Source of the DNA: a virus
Taxonomy: Duplodnaviria > Caudoviricetes
Direction: 5' to 3' (one strand)
Length of the DNA stretch: 62,560 bases
IMG/VR virus record: IMGVR_UViG_3300011442_000003
Location: 1-62,560 of that record
Part shown: one piece after another, positions 37,610-47,265 of the stretch
Numbering within the stretch: position 1 is the stretch's first letter
How the letters are laid out: the number at the start of each line of letters is the position of its first letter
Notes under the pieces: model-generated
Told to the model about the DNA's origin: nothing
Seen by the model: only the letters and a program-made list of their open reading frames with translations
Databases searched by the model: none
Program-made: the position numbers and the translations under genes

Positions 37610-37851
37610 GACTTCCTCCCGGTGGCCCATCCACCTGCGAAAGCCAGCGCAGCACTGAGTGCCTGCGTCAAGAGATCGTAGACCCGGCTATCAGCATCGC
37701 ACCTGTATTTTCCGGTCACAACCTCGGTGTCGTGCATCCAGCAGAACGCCAGCAGTCCGAAAGCTACTACGACGTAGGACCCCAGTACCATCCCCACCAA
37801 AAGGAAGGCAGCTTTTACCGGATCAAAGGCGGGCTTCCGGGGCTCCTCCAT
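37606..37851 (-). CDS. Small 2-TM membrane protein
   Basis: Two hydrophobic segments flanking a C-x12-C loop. Confidence 0.6.
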   Translation of the reverse strand: MEEPRKPAFDPVKAAFLLVGMVLGSYVVVAFGLLAFCWMHDTEVVTGKYRCDADSRVYDLLTQALSAALAFAGGWATGRKS

Positions 37852-38012
37852 GTCGCATCATACACGACCCCGCCTGCCCGCGCGCTGACGCGCTGAAGGG
37901 CGACCGGCTGGGTGTTCTGAATGGGCACCGCGTAGAGGGCGCTGTAGCTCCAAGCATTGACGTTGTGCGGCGGCAAGCAAAGCAGCAGACCGACGATGCA
38001 AAAATGGGACAT
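37815..38012 (-). CDS. Small hypothetical protein
   Basis: GGAG SD; hydrophobic N-terminus. Confidence 0.4.
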   Translation of the reverse strand: MSHFCIVGLLLCLPPHNVNAWSYSALYAVPIQNTQPVALQRVSARAGGVVYDATWRSPGSPPLIR

Positions 38013-38014
38013 GG

Positions 38015-38320
38015 TTAACTCCGGTTGGGGGTATCTGGTTTAGGCATCATCAGCTTTTTGCCCTTGAAGGGACCAGCAGTCAGTACTGGCCCTTCCTCCA
38101 TGGTCGCGGTGTCGACCAGCACAACGCCGTCGCCGTTGCTGGTCGCGACAAACCACTGATCTCCGATCTGGAACGCCGCAAGGCCGTCCAATAGCTCACC
38201 GGGAGGAACGTCTTGTCTGATCGTCTCAGCTAAAACCTTGAGGGCAGTCTCGCGGTCGCTATGCGCCCTGATGAAGGCGTCCGCCAATTCGGTGCAGCCG
38301 ATTTTATAGTGGGCGATCAT
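38015..38320 (-). CDS. Hypothetical protein
   Basis: TGATG-coupled to the upstream gene. Confidence 0.55.
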   Translation of the reverse strand: MIAHYKIGCTELADAFIRAHSDRETALKVLAETIRQDVPPGELLDGLAAFQIGDQWFVATSNGDGVVLVDTATMEEGPVLTAGPFKGKKLMMPKPDTPNRS

Positions 38321-38670
38321 CAGTCCTGTCTCGGCTGGAAGCCGAAGCTGCCCGCTTGGTAGGGCTCCAGCATGGGGAGGATCTGGGTAGGCGGCGTAAC
38401 CTGAGGACCCAGCTTGGGGCCATTGATTACGAGGTTGGAGCCCGCCGCGCTGGCGCTCGGATCAGTCATCCCGTTGCCAGTGTACTCGTCGCCCTCGGGC
38501 GTGATCGTGCGCCAGAAACCGTTATTGCACTGGATGGTGTTATTGACCCCGTTGGGGACCGACCAGCACTGCACCTGCGCCTTGGCAGTACTACAGTAGG
38601 TGACGGTAACGCCGATCACGAGGCCGACCAGAAGTCCGGTCGTCACGTCGCGCATTGAAATCATGGTCAT
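38320..38670 (-). CDS. Putative exported protein
   Basis: TM/signal ending AKA-Q; two Cys; GGAG SD. Confidence 0.6.
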   Translation of the reverse strand: MTMISMRDVTTGLLVGLVIGVTVTYCSTAKAQVQCWSVPNGVNNTIQCNNGFWRTITPEGDEYTGNGMTDPSASAAGSNLVINGPKLGPQVTPPTQILPMLEPYQAGSFGFQPRQD

Positions 38671-38681
38671 GCTTCAACTCC

Positions 38682-38728
38682 AAAAAAGAGACCCCCGCTC
38701 CTAGGGGGTAGTGGCGTAGGAGCGGGGG
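38682..38728 (-). terminator. Rho-independent terminator
   Basis: 12-bp stem CCCCCGCTCCTA/TAGGAGCGGGGG followed on the - strand by TCTCTTTTTT. Confidence 0.75.
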
Positions 38729-38764
38729 CAATAGACGGCACTCCGGGGGGAGTTATCCTGCCGT

Positions 38765-39499
38765 CTAGCCAGAGTAGCATGAACTCTGATCGTTCGGTCC
38801 CTTGCAGCGTGGCAGGCGCTTGGGGTCCATCAGCGACGGGTTCGGAGCCTGCACCATCGGTGCGGGCGGTGCCGTGTAGGTCACGACCGGCGGCGCAAGC
38901 TGCGTCGGCATCGCCTGCGGTGCGGCACCAGCCGGTTCGAAGTTAGCGCGGAAGGCGCAGGGGCCTTCACCGCTCGACTTGAACGCGTTGTAGGTCGCCT
39001 GATCGTTGCACATCAGTTCCTTGGCGACGAGCTTGTAGCCCGCGTTGTGAACCATGGCGATCTTCTGGCGATTAGCGCAGTCGGTGTCGACGAAGGTGCC
39101 ACCGGCACTCGCGCCCCAGCCGATCACCGAGACGCCGCCCGACACCGCGAGGGTGCAGGGGTTGCCGCCGGAAACAGGAGGAGCGTAGACGGTCGGCGTC
39201 GTGCGAACGATGTTGTCGCTCGACGTGTAGCCCGAGTTGACGTTCTGGTTAGAGAACGCGCCAGTCGACGCATTGTTGGTGCGCACGGTGCTGGTGTTGG
39301 TGGTGTTGGCCGGGACGTTGGTCGTCTGGTTGATCACCGCCGCAGCGCCCGAGTTGGACCCCGACTGAGATCCAGCACTGGACTGGGCACCGGCATTAGC
39401 ACCGGCATTGGCGGTCTGCGCCTTGCCTTCGTTGGCTGCCATGAGGGCGAGGAACGAGGCACTGAACAGGATACTGAGGACAGTCTTAGAGTAGTTCAT
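38765..39499 (-). CDS. Secreted protein: Asn/Ser/Thr-rich region plus Cys-containing domain
   Basis: Signal peptide (GKA-Q); APPVSGGNPC...DTDC...ELMC...GPC; C-terminal C-x8-C. Confidence 0.75.
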   Translation of the reverse strand: MNYSKTVLSILFSASFLALMAANEGKAQTANAGANAGAQSSAGSQSGSNSGAAAVINQTTNVPANTTNTSTVRTNNASTGAFSNQNVNSGYTSSDNIVRTTPTVYAPPVSGGNPCTLAVSGGVSVIGWGASAGGTFVDTDCANRQKIAMVHNAGYKLVAKELMCNDQATYNAFKSSGEGPCAFRANFEPAGAAPQAMPTQLAPPVVTYTAPPAPMVQAPNPSLMDPKRLPRCKGPNDQSSCYSG

Positions 39500-39540
39500 A
39501 GCTAGTTTGGTAACCTCTCGATTGCTTTACCCACGATATT

Positions 39541-39583
39541 AAAAACCAGAGGGCGGGCGACCGCTCGTGGGGAGCGGTCGCCC
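39541..39583 (-). terminator. Rho-independent terminator
   Basis: Perfect 12-bp stem GGGCGACCGCTC/GAGCGGTCGCCC; GGTTTTT follows on the - strand. Confidence 0.7.
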
Positions 39584-39647
39584 TTCCCCTCGGAAGGGGA
39601 ACCTCGCGCCGGGGCATTACTACCGACGCGAAGCAGTTGCTGCTGGC

Positions 39648-40061
39648 TTACGGCAGCGGGGACAGGACGATGGTGAAGAAGTTGCCCGCCGCGTTGCCCG
39701 CACCGGCACCGTTCGCGCCAGCCGTGGAACCGCTGCCGTTGGCAGCGATGCCGAGGCTGAACGAAGCGTTGTTCGCGCCGCTGGACGACGTGGTCTGGCT
39801 GGCCGTCTGGCCGATGGTGCCGCCCGGCGTGGTCTGCTGCGAAGCAGCGCCGTTGCTGTCATTGTGGCTCGCGCCGTTGGTCGTGCCAGCGGTCACGCCG
39901 ATGATCGCCGTCGCACCGTTGGAGGTGCTGGTCGATCCGCCGACACTGCCAGAACCGGCAGTGGTGCCGCCGACGCCGAAGGTCAGCGAAGCCGCCATGG
40001 CCGGAACGGCCAGAGCGACCATGGCGATACCCGAGAGCAGCGCCAGCTTGAGGTTCTTCAT
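39648..40061 (-). CDS. Secreted Gly/Ser/Thr/Asn/Ala-rich low-complexity protein
   Basis: Sec signal MKNLKLALLSGIAMVALAVPAMA-A; mature part nearly uncharged; GGAG SD. Confidence 0.75.
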   Translation of the reverse strand: MKNLKLALLSGIAMVALAVPAMAASLTFGVGGTTAGSGSVGGSTSTSNGATAIIGVTAGTTNGASHNDSNGAASQQTTPGGTIGQTASQTTSSSGANNASFSLGIAANGSGSTAGANGAGAGNAAGNFFTIVLSPLP

Positions 40062-40203
40062 GAAAACGTCTCCGATTTGTTGCAACAAAAAAACTCCCAC
40101 ACCCCAAAGGTTCGAAGGAGCATCGGGACTATACACAGTAGAAATAACTATGCAACTACTTAAATCACTTTTTTATAGTTCCGATTTGCGAACCAACTTC
40201 TGG

Positions 40204-40749
40204 TTAGCTTCCCAGCCTCACAATGCTGGCCGAAGTATAGGGCTTGCTGTTGCTGAAGGTTGCGGCAACGCCACCCATCATACCCTTGAACAGGATCGTG
40301 TCGCCAACCGCAAGCTGACCAAACCACCGCACCGGGAAGTTCAAGGTAAGCGGACCGGCAGTGACGTTGTAATTGGCAGCGGTCTGGACCGTGTCAGCAC
40401 CATTAACGAAGATGTGCGCCTCAGCTTGTGCAGCATAGGGCGACCCGATATTCGGCCAGACAAAGCCGACGCTGAAGTCGATCATATATAACCCAGCAAC
40501 GGGGGCAGTATACTGCGACCCGCTCCATGCGCCGCCGCCGTTATTGAAGTCGAGGCTCGCCCACGAGACCGTGAACTGTACGAACTGCGAGATCGCCTGA
40601 GCGTTCACCGCGTTGGTCTTGAGCGCCACCATGCCAGCGGATCCGCTGATCGCCAACCACAGGAACCCGTTCCATTGGTAGGACACGCCGTTCGCAGCGT
40701 TGAATATCTGCCCGACCGTGGGTGACGCGGGGAAGTCGATTACCGCCAT
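40204..40749 (-). CDS. Tail-fibre-associated protein with C1q-like domain
   Basis: IDFPASPTVGQ...YQWNG N-terminal motif; YTAPVAGLYMIDF...LAVGDTI. Confidence 0.65.
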   Translation of the reverse strand: MAVIDFPASPTVGQIFNAANGVSYQWNGFLWLAISGSAGMVALKTNAVNAQAISQFVQFTVSWASLDFNNGGGAWSGSQYTAPVAGLYMIDFSVGFVWPNIGSPYAAQAEAHIFVNGADTVQTAANYNVTAGPLTLNFPVRWFGQLAVGDTILFKGMMGGVAATFSNSKPYTSASIVRLGS

Positions 40750-40765
40750 AGTAACTCCTTTGCGA

Positions 40766-43588
40766 TCACGCCACCCTCATTGCGGTGATCCACGCGCCGC
40801 CAGCACCAATGCCACCATTTCCAGTAGATGTATCTTTACCCTGAAGCGTGAAAGTTGTCGCTCCGGTCAAGGTCACGACGGCGCAGCATTGCGTATAGGT
40901 ATTCAAGCCGTTGATGCTGACTACCGTGGGCTGCGATCCGACAGCCGCAGTGCCGTTGTGAATTTGGAAAGTAAAAAAATCATACCCAGCCGGGCTATTT
41001 CCAAAAACCACACCCGCGTCGATGCGCCACTTCTGACCGTTCGCTCCGACTGCCCCAGTGTTGCACAGATTTGCAAACGTATTGACAGGAGTGAGCAGCA
41101 CGGTACCAGCATTTTGAGCAAAAGCAGGAGGAGCGTGGAACCCCGACACGAACGCCGTCGTCGCTCCCTTAGTAGTTACATCGGTCGTAGCGGGCGTCGG
41201 GAAAATCGGCGTCGTGTTGAACGTATGTACCCCGACCTCGCAGGTGTAGCTCATGTTGGCGTTGTCGAAGCCGAGATAACCAAGCCGCGTGCCGTCGGCC
41301 TTGAAGAACGCGACGTAGCCCGCGTTAACCGGCCCGCCCTCGTTGATATGAACGAAGCCCTCAACACCCGTTGTTCCGACCCTGACGCTGGTGTTGAACT
41401 CCCCTGTCGTGCCGAGCAGCGCACCAGTCAGCGTGCCACCCGCGAGCGGCAGATACGCCGTCGCCAACGTCGGGTTTGGGTATGTCCCAGCGAGCGCACC
41501 GCCTGCAGGACCGGAAGGCGGACCCCCGGTGCCGGGCGTCGCCCAAGCTGCAACGCCAGCAACCGTCGTCATCACCTGACCATTGGTGACGCTGGGCTTG
41601 AGCAATGGGTTGGGATAGCTCCCGCTGAGATCACCACCTGCCGTGCCCGAGGGCGGCAACGAAGTGGGGAGACCAGTTACCGCGATGGTAAGTGTCCCCG
41701 CCGTGTCGTTGTAAGTCAGCCCAATGTTCGCACCGGCAGCCAACAAAGCTGCCACGCGATCATCGACACCCTCGGCAAAATCGGTGACTTGCGACGAGGT
41801 ATGATTGTGGGTCAGCGCCGCGTAGCGCGCATCGGCATCAGCCGTCGTCGGCACCGAGGTTCCTGCACCAACACCAAACGCTCGCTTGGTGAACGCCGCC
41901 GCACCCGTCTGCTCGACCAGCCCCGCCGTAGCATTGAGGCCTGCCAGCGCCGTCAACTCCGCATCGAGCGGCTGGTAGGTCGTCGCCGCCGTCGCCGTGG
42001 TCAAGTAGTTGCTGAGAGGTCCACCCACCAACGTCGGGTTAGGATAGGTACCAGTTAAAGCACCACCCGCCGCACCCGACGGCGGCAACGTGGTGGGATA
42101 CGCTGCAGCGGTGACCGTCAGCGTGCCAGCCGCATCGTTGTAGGTGATCGTGATGTTGGTCCCGCCCACCAACAAAGCTGCTACGCGGTCGTCGGTCGCC
42201 TCGGAAAAGTCAGTGATCTGCGAAGCCGTGTGGTTGTGCACCAACGCCGCATAGCGCGCGTCGGCGTCACCCAACGTCGGCACCGAGGAAGCCGCACCGA
42301 CGCCAAGCGCCCGCTTGGTGAACGCCGCCGCGCCTGTTTGTTCAACCAACCCTGCCGTGGCGGTGAGGCCCGCCAGCGCCGTCAGTTCAGCATCGAGGGG
42401 CTGGTAAGTCAGCGCCGCGTTCGACGTAGTTAAGTAATTAGAAAGCGGGCCACCCACCAGCGTCGGGTTGGGGTAGGTGCCCGTGAGCGCCCCGCCCGCC
42501 GCGCCCGAGGGCGGCAGCGTCGTTGGGTTGGGCACGACCACCGTCCAGCCACTGGTCTGGCGACCGTACTGCTGGCCGTCGGTGGGAGCCTCAGCGATGC
42601 CGGGGCCGGGCGGACCCGTGGCACCCGTCGGACCGGTCGGGCCAGCAGGACCCGTCGGACCGGCAGGACCCTGCAGGCCGACGCCGCCCGACGCCGTGGC
42701 GGGCACCCACTGCACCGTGTTGCCGTCGTTGTAGAAAATATAAAGCTGGCCGCCGCCCGTGGCGTCGTTGGGATTGAACCACAACTCGTTCGCAGCGGGG
42801 CTGGCAGGGGGCGCAGGAGTGGACGTGATCGGTGTCGAGGGACCAGCCGGGCCAGTCGGACCAGCAGGGCCTGTGGGGCCAGCAGGGCCTGTAGCACCCG
42901 GTGCACCCGGCGTGCCCGGTGCACCCGTGGCACCCGTCGCGCCATCGGCACCGGGAGGGCCAGTTGCACCTGTGGGACCGGCAGGACCCGGCGCACCGTC
43001 AGCGCCGTCAGCGCCATCGGCACCGGGCGCACCAGCAGGACCGGCAGGACCGGCACGGCTCGGGGTAGCTGGCACCCACTGCGGCGCACCCGTGCCATCG
43101 TCGTAGAAAAAATATAGCTCGCCGCCGCCCGCAGGATCGCCCTCGCTCCACCACCAAAGCTGGTTTGGCGCAGGCGACGCAGGCGGCGTCGTGCCGACCG
43201 AGACCGAGCCGCCACCGGGGCCGGGCGGACCGGCGGGACCAGCCGGGCCAGCAGGGCCGGGCGGACCGGGACTGCCCGGTGGTCCCGGCGTGCCGCCGCC
43301 GCTGCCACCGCTGGCAGTGACCTCCCACTTGCCCTTGCGCCAGATGCTCTCGACCGGAACCTCGCCCGGCAGGCGCGCAGGCTTGTACCAGCGGTCGCCA
43401 TCGAGGCGCGCCTTGGGTGCGTCATCGGAGATGTGGGTCTGGGTGCCCCAGCCGCCGGTACCCTTCTCGCCGGTCACCGTCTCAAGGTTTTCCTTGATCG
43501 CCGCCACCGAGTGCATCAGCGAGCGCAGATCTTCCTGCGGGACCGGGATCTCGGAAAATATAAGGGGTTTTTTAGGAGGAGTAGCCAC
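40766..43588 (-). CDS. Collagen-like tail fibre
   Basis: Several (G-P-A/T)n tracts; repeated GGALTGTYPNP motifs; duplicated ~140-aa module. Confidence 0.85.
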   Translation of the reverse strand: MATPPKKPLIFSEIPVPQEDLRSLMHSVAAIKENLETVTGEKGTGGWGTQTHISDDAPKARLDGDRWYKPARLPGEVPVESIWRKGKWEVTASGGSGGGTPGPPGSPGPPGPAGPAGPAGPPGPGGGSVSVGTTPPASPAPNQLWWWSEGDPAGGGELYFFYDDGTGAPQWVPATPSRAGPAGPAGAPGADGADGADGAPGPAGPTGATGPPGADGATGATGAPGTPGAPGATGPAGPTGPAGPTGPAGPSTPITSTPAPPASPAANELWFNPNDATGGGQLYIFYNDGNTVQWVPATASGGVGLQGPAGPTGPAGPTGPTGATGPPGPGIAEAPTDGQQYGRQTSGWTVVVPNPTTLPPSGAAGGALTGTYPNPTLVGGPLSNYLTTSNAALTYQPLDAELTALAGLTATAGLVEQTGAAAFTKRALGVGAASSVPTLGDADARYAALVHNHTASQITDFSEATDDRVAALLVGGTNITITYNDAAGTLTVTAAAYPTTLPPSGAAGGALTGTYPNPTLVGGPLSNYLTTATAATTYQPLDAELTALAGLNATAGLVEQTGAAAFTKRAFGVGAGTSVPTTADADARYAALTHNHTSSQVTDFAEGVDDRVAALLAAGANIGLTYNDTAGTLTIAVTGLPTSLPPSGTAGGDLSGSYPNPLLKPSVTNGQVMTTVAGVAAWATPGTGGPPSGPAGGALAGTYPNPTLATAYLPLAGGTLTGALLGTTGEFNTSVRVGTTGVEGFVHINEGGPVNAGYVAFFKADGTRLGYLGFDNANMSYTCEVGVHTFNTTPIFPTPATTDVTTKGATTAFVSGFHAPPAFAQNAGTVLLTPVNTFANLCNTGAVGANGQKWRIDAGVVFGNSPAGYDFFTFQIHNGTAAVGSQPTVVSINGLNTYTQCCAVVTLTGATTFTLQGKDTSTGNGGIGAGGAWITAMRVA
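41680..42524 (-). repeat. Tandem ~140-codon duplication inside the tail fibre (approximate bounds)
   Basis: PTTLPPSGAAGGALTGTYPNPTLVGGPLSNYLTT...YQPLDAELTALAGL...DDRVAALL...TYND-x-AGTLT occurs twice. Confidence 0.85.
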
Positions 43589-43590
43589 GG

Positions 43591-45354
43591 CTACACCTGA
43601 CGCAATTCTTTAGGCGAAGTTGCGATCTGGATGTTCTCGATGCGAAGGTTGCCCGATAGCTCAAACTGATATGTGTCCGCCGTGTAGCCGTTGGGTAGAC
43701 GGAACATCTGGCCCGACGCGGGCAACATGCGATCCTCGACCAATACGCCGTCAGCAAAGACCTTGAAGCGTGTCCCGACATCGGCGGGCAAAACCTCCAT
43801 AGGTAACTGGTAAAAGCACTTAACTGCTGACAGGTTCTGCTTGTTGCCCATCTGGAACAACTTGCTGCGCCAGAAGTAATCTCCCTCAGCAGTCGTGTGG
43901 GTGATCGTGACCTGTTGAACCTTCTCGTCACGGATGATCATCACCTCACCAGTCCAGATGTCGGAGATCACGTTGTAGGTGGGCTGCTCGTGCTGCAACA
44001 ACGTGAAGTTGGTCGGCGCGCCTCGGGGCTCAACGAAGCAGCCATTGCGGGTGCCCGTGAAGTCGTGCATCTCGAAAGCACTATTTTCGAACGCCGTCTT
44101 TTCGAAGCACCCTTCATCCTGCGTCGAAAAAGCATAATACGTCCCCAACAACATCGCGGCCCGCAGGTTCCTGATGTTGAGCAGCGTCTGCCAGTCGTCC
44201 TTGGCAAGCAGCTTGGCCGTCACAACCGTGCCCGAGCCCGCCGAGATCATCACCAGCCCCGACGGCGAGCAGTAATATACACCCAACTCGGTCGAGACGA
44301 TGGAGCCCTGCGACGTGCAGGGCTCAGGCAGAGGGATCGCCGCCTGCGCCATCTGATCAGGCATGGTACCAGTTACAGCATAGGGCTTCGTGTTCGTGCA
44401 AGCGATCAACGTCTGGCCGATCACGCCCAGCCCGACAATCGGGTAATCCACGCCGATCATGTATTTGAACGGCCACGCGTGAAGCTGGTAGGGCTCGCAA
44501 AACCAGATCTGATTTTCACGCCACCCCGCCACCATGCCGTTGGGCAAGCTCACCATGCCCACCAGATCCTCAGGAGGAGGGTCGAACGTCTGCGAAGTCA
44601 TCTGCTCGTTAAGCACGATCACGTCGTTGCTCGCTGCGTCGTGATACGCCGTCGTCGCAATCGGAAGCTCGGCAACGAAGTAGAACTCGGCGTTGCCCTG
44701 ATCGCTGGTGATCGTGCGATACACACGCGTATGCGTCAGGCTCCGGTTCGCCATGGTCGCAGGCGACGGCACGGTGATCACGAGATCAAACGTGCTATCG
44801 GCAGGCTCAGTGAACACAGGCGACGGCGGCGCGGGCGCACCCTCCTCACCAAAGCTCGACACCCAAGTGTAGGTATACGAGCGCGATAGGAGGAGTGTGC
44901 TGAAGCCCGGATTTGGCGTGACGACAGGAGCATTGGGCGGGCTCGGAATACCCATCAGCAGCGGCGGCGAGAGGCCCACCGTCGGAGCAGTGTTGTTCGC
45001 CACGATCCGCGAATGGGAAGTCATCATTGGAGGCGTGAGACCATCGCACCAGTAATACGTCTGGTCGGTGCGCTGGGTGTTAGGGCTGCGCACCACCGTC
45101 GTATGAACTGACAAAAACTCCAGCCAGTAGCTGTCGACCAGCGAGAACGTATTGGCGAAGTCCTTGGGCACGCGAAACACGCTGCGTGCCGCGGTATTTA
45201 GGAGGTTATGTACGACCAAGGGCTCCCTGAACCCCAGCAGCTTGCCGTCGAACAACCACGTATTGACCGCCCACGTACCAGTGTTATCAGGCAGCAGCTT
45301 ATCGTCGACTGCTGGCGTCATCCCTTGGAACTGCTGGATCCTGATCGCGACCAT
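43591..45354 (-). CDS. Tail tubular/nozzle (head-closure, stabilisation) protein
   Basis: 587 aa beta-rich; RSYTYTWVSSFGEEGAP, WFCEPY-x-x-HAWP, CTSQGSIV, WRSKLF; position in module. Confidence 0.7.
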   Translation of the reverse strand: MVAIRIQQFQGMTPAVDDKLLPDNTGTWAVNTWLFDGKLLGFREPLVVHNLLNTAARSVFRVPKDFANTFSLVDSYWLEFLSVHTTVVRSPNTQRTDQTYYWCDGLTPPMMTSHSRIVANNTAPTVGLSPPLLMGIPSPPNAPVVTPNPGFSTLLLSRSYTYTWVSSFGEEGAPAPPSPVFTEPADSTFDLVITVPSPATMANRSLTHTRVYRTITSDQGNAEFYFVAELPIATTAYHDAASNDVIVLNEQMTSQTFDPPPEDLVGMVSLPNGMVAGWRENQIWFCEPYQLHAWPFKYMIGVDYPIVGLGVIGQTLIACTNTKPYAVTGTMPDQMAQAAIPLPEPCTSQGSIVSTELGVYYCSPSGLVMISAGSGTVVTAKLLAKDDWQTLLNIRNLRAAMLLGTYYAFSTQDEGCFEKTAFENSAFEMHDFTGTRNGCFVEPRGAPTNFTLLQHEQPTYNVISDIWTGEVMIIRDEKVQQVTITHTTAEGDYFWRSKLFQMGNKQNLSAVKCFYQLPMEVLPADVGTRFKVFADGVLVEDRMLPASGQMFRLPNGYTADTYQFELSGNLRIENIQIATSPKELRQV

Positions 45355-45374
45355 TTCTTACCACCGTGGTAATC

Positions 45375-45647
45375 CTACGACAGATCGTCGGCTGACGTTC
45401 CGCCCTTCTTCAGAGCATCAGCGCGAGCCTTCAGATCAAGCGCCCGTATCCGACGCTGTTCTACCTCAGCCCCGGCAACCATCTGGCTACCCATCTCCAT
45501 CTCGGCATCGAGCCGGGCCTGCGCGGTTGGGCTAAGCGGAGGACGCGTGTATGTGTCCTCGGACGGCGTCACCGGCAAGGGCGCGTTCTTGGCTTCCTGC
45601 TGACGGGCTGCTTCCTTGAAGTTCGCCTCTGCTCTTGTTTTTGCCAT
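45375..45647 (-). CDS. Hypothetical protein
   Basis: AGGAAG SD before ATG 45647. Confidence 0.6.
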   Translation of the reverse strand: MAKTRAEANFKEAARQQEAKNAPLPVTPSEDTYTRPPLSPTAQARLDAEMEMGSQMVAGAEVEQRRIRALDLKARADALKKGGTSADDLS

Positions 45648-45665
45648 GTTTAACTTCCTAAACAA

Positions 45666-46562
45666 CTACACCTTGATGAACAGGTTCGCGCCAATGGTCG
45701 GCTGCACGTTGTTGTGCGGCGTATAGATCCCGACGTTGCCCGTTGCCCCGCCCGTGCCGTTGACCATGAAGTTGAGCGGACCACCAGCACTGCTGTTGCC
45801 TTGGAACCCCGGAACCACCGCGCCAGTGACGTGCGCGTGTGTCGGCAGTTCGTCGTTTTGCAGAACGTGCTTTTCCTCACCCACCCCGACGCCCATCTTG
45901 TCGAGCAGCAAGTTCACCGTCGTACCGCCCGTGGGCATGCCGACCACCCGGCCCCGCGCGTCAGGCAACGCCAAGACATAATTGTTCGCCCAAGCAAACT
46001 CGGCACTGGTACCCCGGTTGGGAGTAACCGGCCATGTGTCACCATTGAGATGCCACAACATGATGAACAAGTCATGTAACTGATCATCGGCATGGAACGC
46101 CGACGAGATGGTAGGTCCAATCGTTGAACCGTCGAGTATCATCCAGCCCGCCTTGGTCGCCCTGATCGACGCACAGATGTCGCCCGTTTCGAAGCTGCCC
46201 AGCCCCGCCACGGCATCCTCGATCAACTGCTGAATGTACTCCGTCGTCGGGATGTGCAGGGCGTCACCCGTCCCCGACGCGTCAATCGGCAAGCACTGTG
46301 CAGGGCCAGCGCCAGTGCTGTCACGCCCGACAACGGACGACGCGGGCAGCTTCATGGAGTGCGCGTCATTCCAGTTGTTCGGCTGCACCAGCGTGCTGTC
46401 GATCCCCGGATCCTTGGTCGAGACAAACAGATGCTCGATCAGGGGAGCCGTCGACAGCACCGCGAAGGGAGTTGCTTCCGGCGTGCGTGGGTCGCTCGGC
46501 GGCGGCACCCGATTGATGTTGCGGCTCAGGGGTCGCAGCGGCGGGCGAGGAGGTACGGCCAT
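45666..46562 (-). CDS. Tail-collar domain protein (short fibre)
   Basis: GWMILDGSTI...LPDARGRV...GEEKHVL...LPTHAH...PHNNVQPT. Confidence 0.8.
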   Translation of the reverse strand: MAVPPRPPLRPLSRNINRVPPPSDPRTPEATPFAVLSTAPLIEHLFVSTKDPGIDSTLVQPNNWNDAHSMKLPASSVVGRDSTGAGPAQCLPIDASGTGDALHIPTTEYIQQLIEDAVAGLGSFETGDICASIRATKAGWMILDGSTIGPTISSAFHADDQLHDLFIMLWHLNGDTWPVTPNRGTSAEFAWANNYVLALPDARGRVVGMPTGGTTVNLLLDKMGVGVGEEKHVLQNDELPTHAHVTGAVVPGFQGNSSAGGPLNFMVNGTGGATGNVGIYTPHNNVQPTIGANLFIKV

Positions 46563-46572
46563 CTTGATCTCC

Positions 46573-47265
46573 TCAGACGCCGCGCTGGGGCCGCGACGCG
46601 GCGAAACTCTGAGGGAAGCGCCACGCCTGCGCCCCCTTCAGATTGGCATGCTCGACATCGACCCGCGCCTCGTTGCGCGCCTTGTTGTAGAGCTTCCAGT
46701 GGAACGCCCCAGCGTCCTTATTGAAGTACGGCTTCGACACCGACAGGTGGAGCCGTCCAAGAAGCCCATTCTGGAACGCGTCGTAGTAGGTCTCCATGAT
46801 CCAGTCGTCGATGATCGGCATGTCCTGCGCGTCGGTCGGATCGACCGGCACCTTGGCGACCGTCGCCACCATCAATGCGTCCGCCGTGGGCGGCTGCGCC
46901 AGCACCAACACGCCGGGGATCCGCATCGTCGGGTTACCGACGTATTGCTTCTGGGGATCGGTCGAATTGTAGAAGTTCAACAACCGCTTGATCTTGCCGT
47001 TGGGCATCGTCGGCGTGACGGCTGGCGGGATCGGCGGCAGCAGGGCAGGGCTAATCTGGTAGGTCGTCGTGCCAACCACAACGGGTACGTCGATGTCCTC
47101 CTGCCACACGTTGGTGAAGTCGCAGAAGTCGCGCTCGACGCTGAATAGCTCGGCCTGCGCCGTCAGCACGCTCACGCCCAGCACCTTGCTGCGCACGTTC
47201 TCCATCATGCGCGTTGCCCCCGCGCTCGGGTAGGGCGGCGGGAACGGAACAGGTCGCAGCGCCAT
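46573..47265 (-). CDS. Head-tail adaptor / tail tubular protein A-like
   Basis: RDFC-x-x-TNVWQE...KPY; position downstream of the capsid gene. Confidence 0.6.
   Translation of the reverse strand: MALRPVPFPPPYPSAGATRMMENVRSKVLGVSVLTAQAELFSVERDFCDFTNVWQEDIDVPVVVGTTTYQISPALLPPIPPAVTPTMPNGKIKRLLNFYNSTDPQKQYVGNPTMRIPGVLVLAQPPTADALMVATVAKVPVDPTDAQDMPIIDDWIMETYYDAFQNGLLGRLHLSVSKPYFNKDAGAFHWKLYNKARNEARVDVEHANLKGAQAWRFPQSFAASRPQRGV

Noticed and set aside
39637-40491. 284-aa + strand ORF
   Set aside because: Overlaps two better supported - strand genes that have SDs, a signal peptide and terminators
41680-42524. Tail-fibre duplication as a DGR template/variable repeat pair
   Set aside because: Both copies are in frame within one gene, differences are not obviously adenine-specific, and no reverse transcriptase is present
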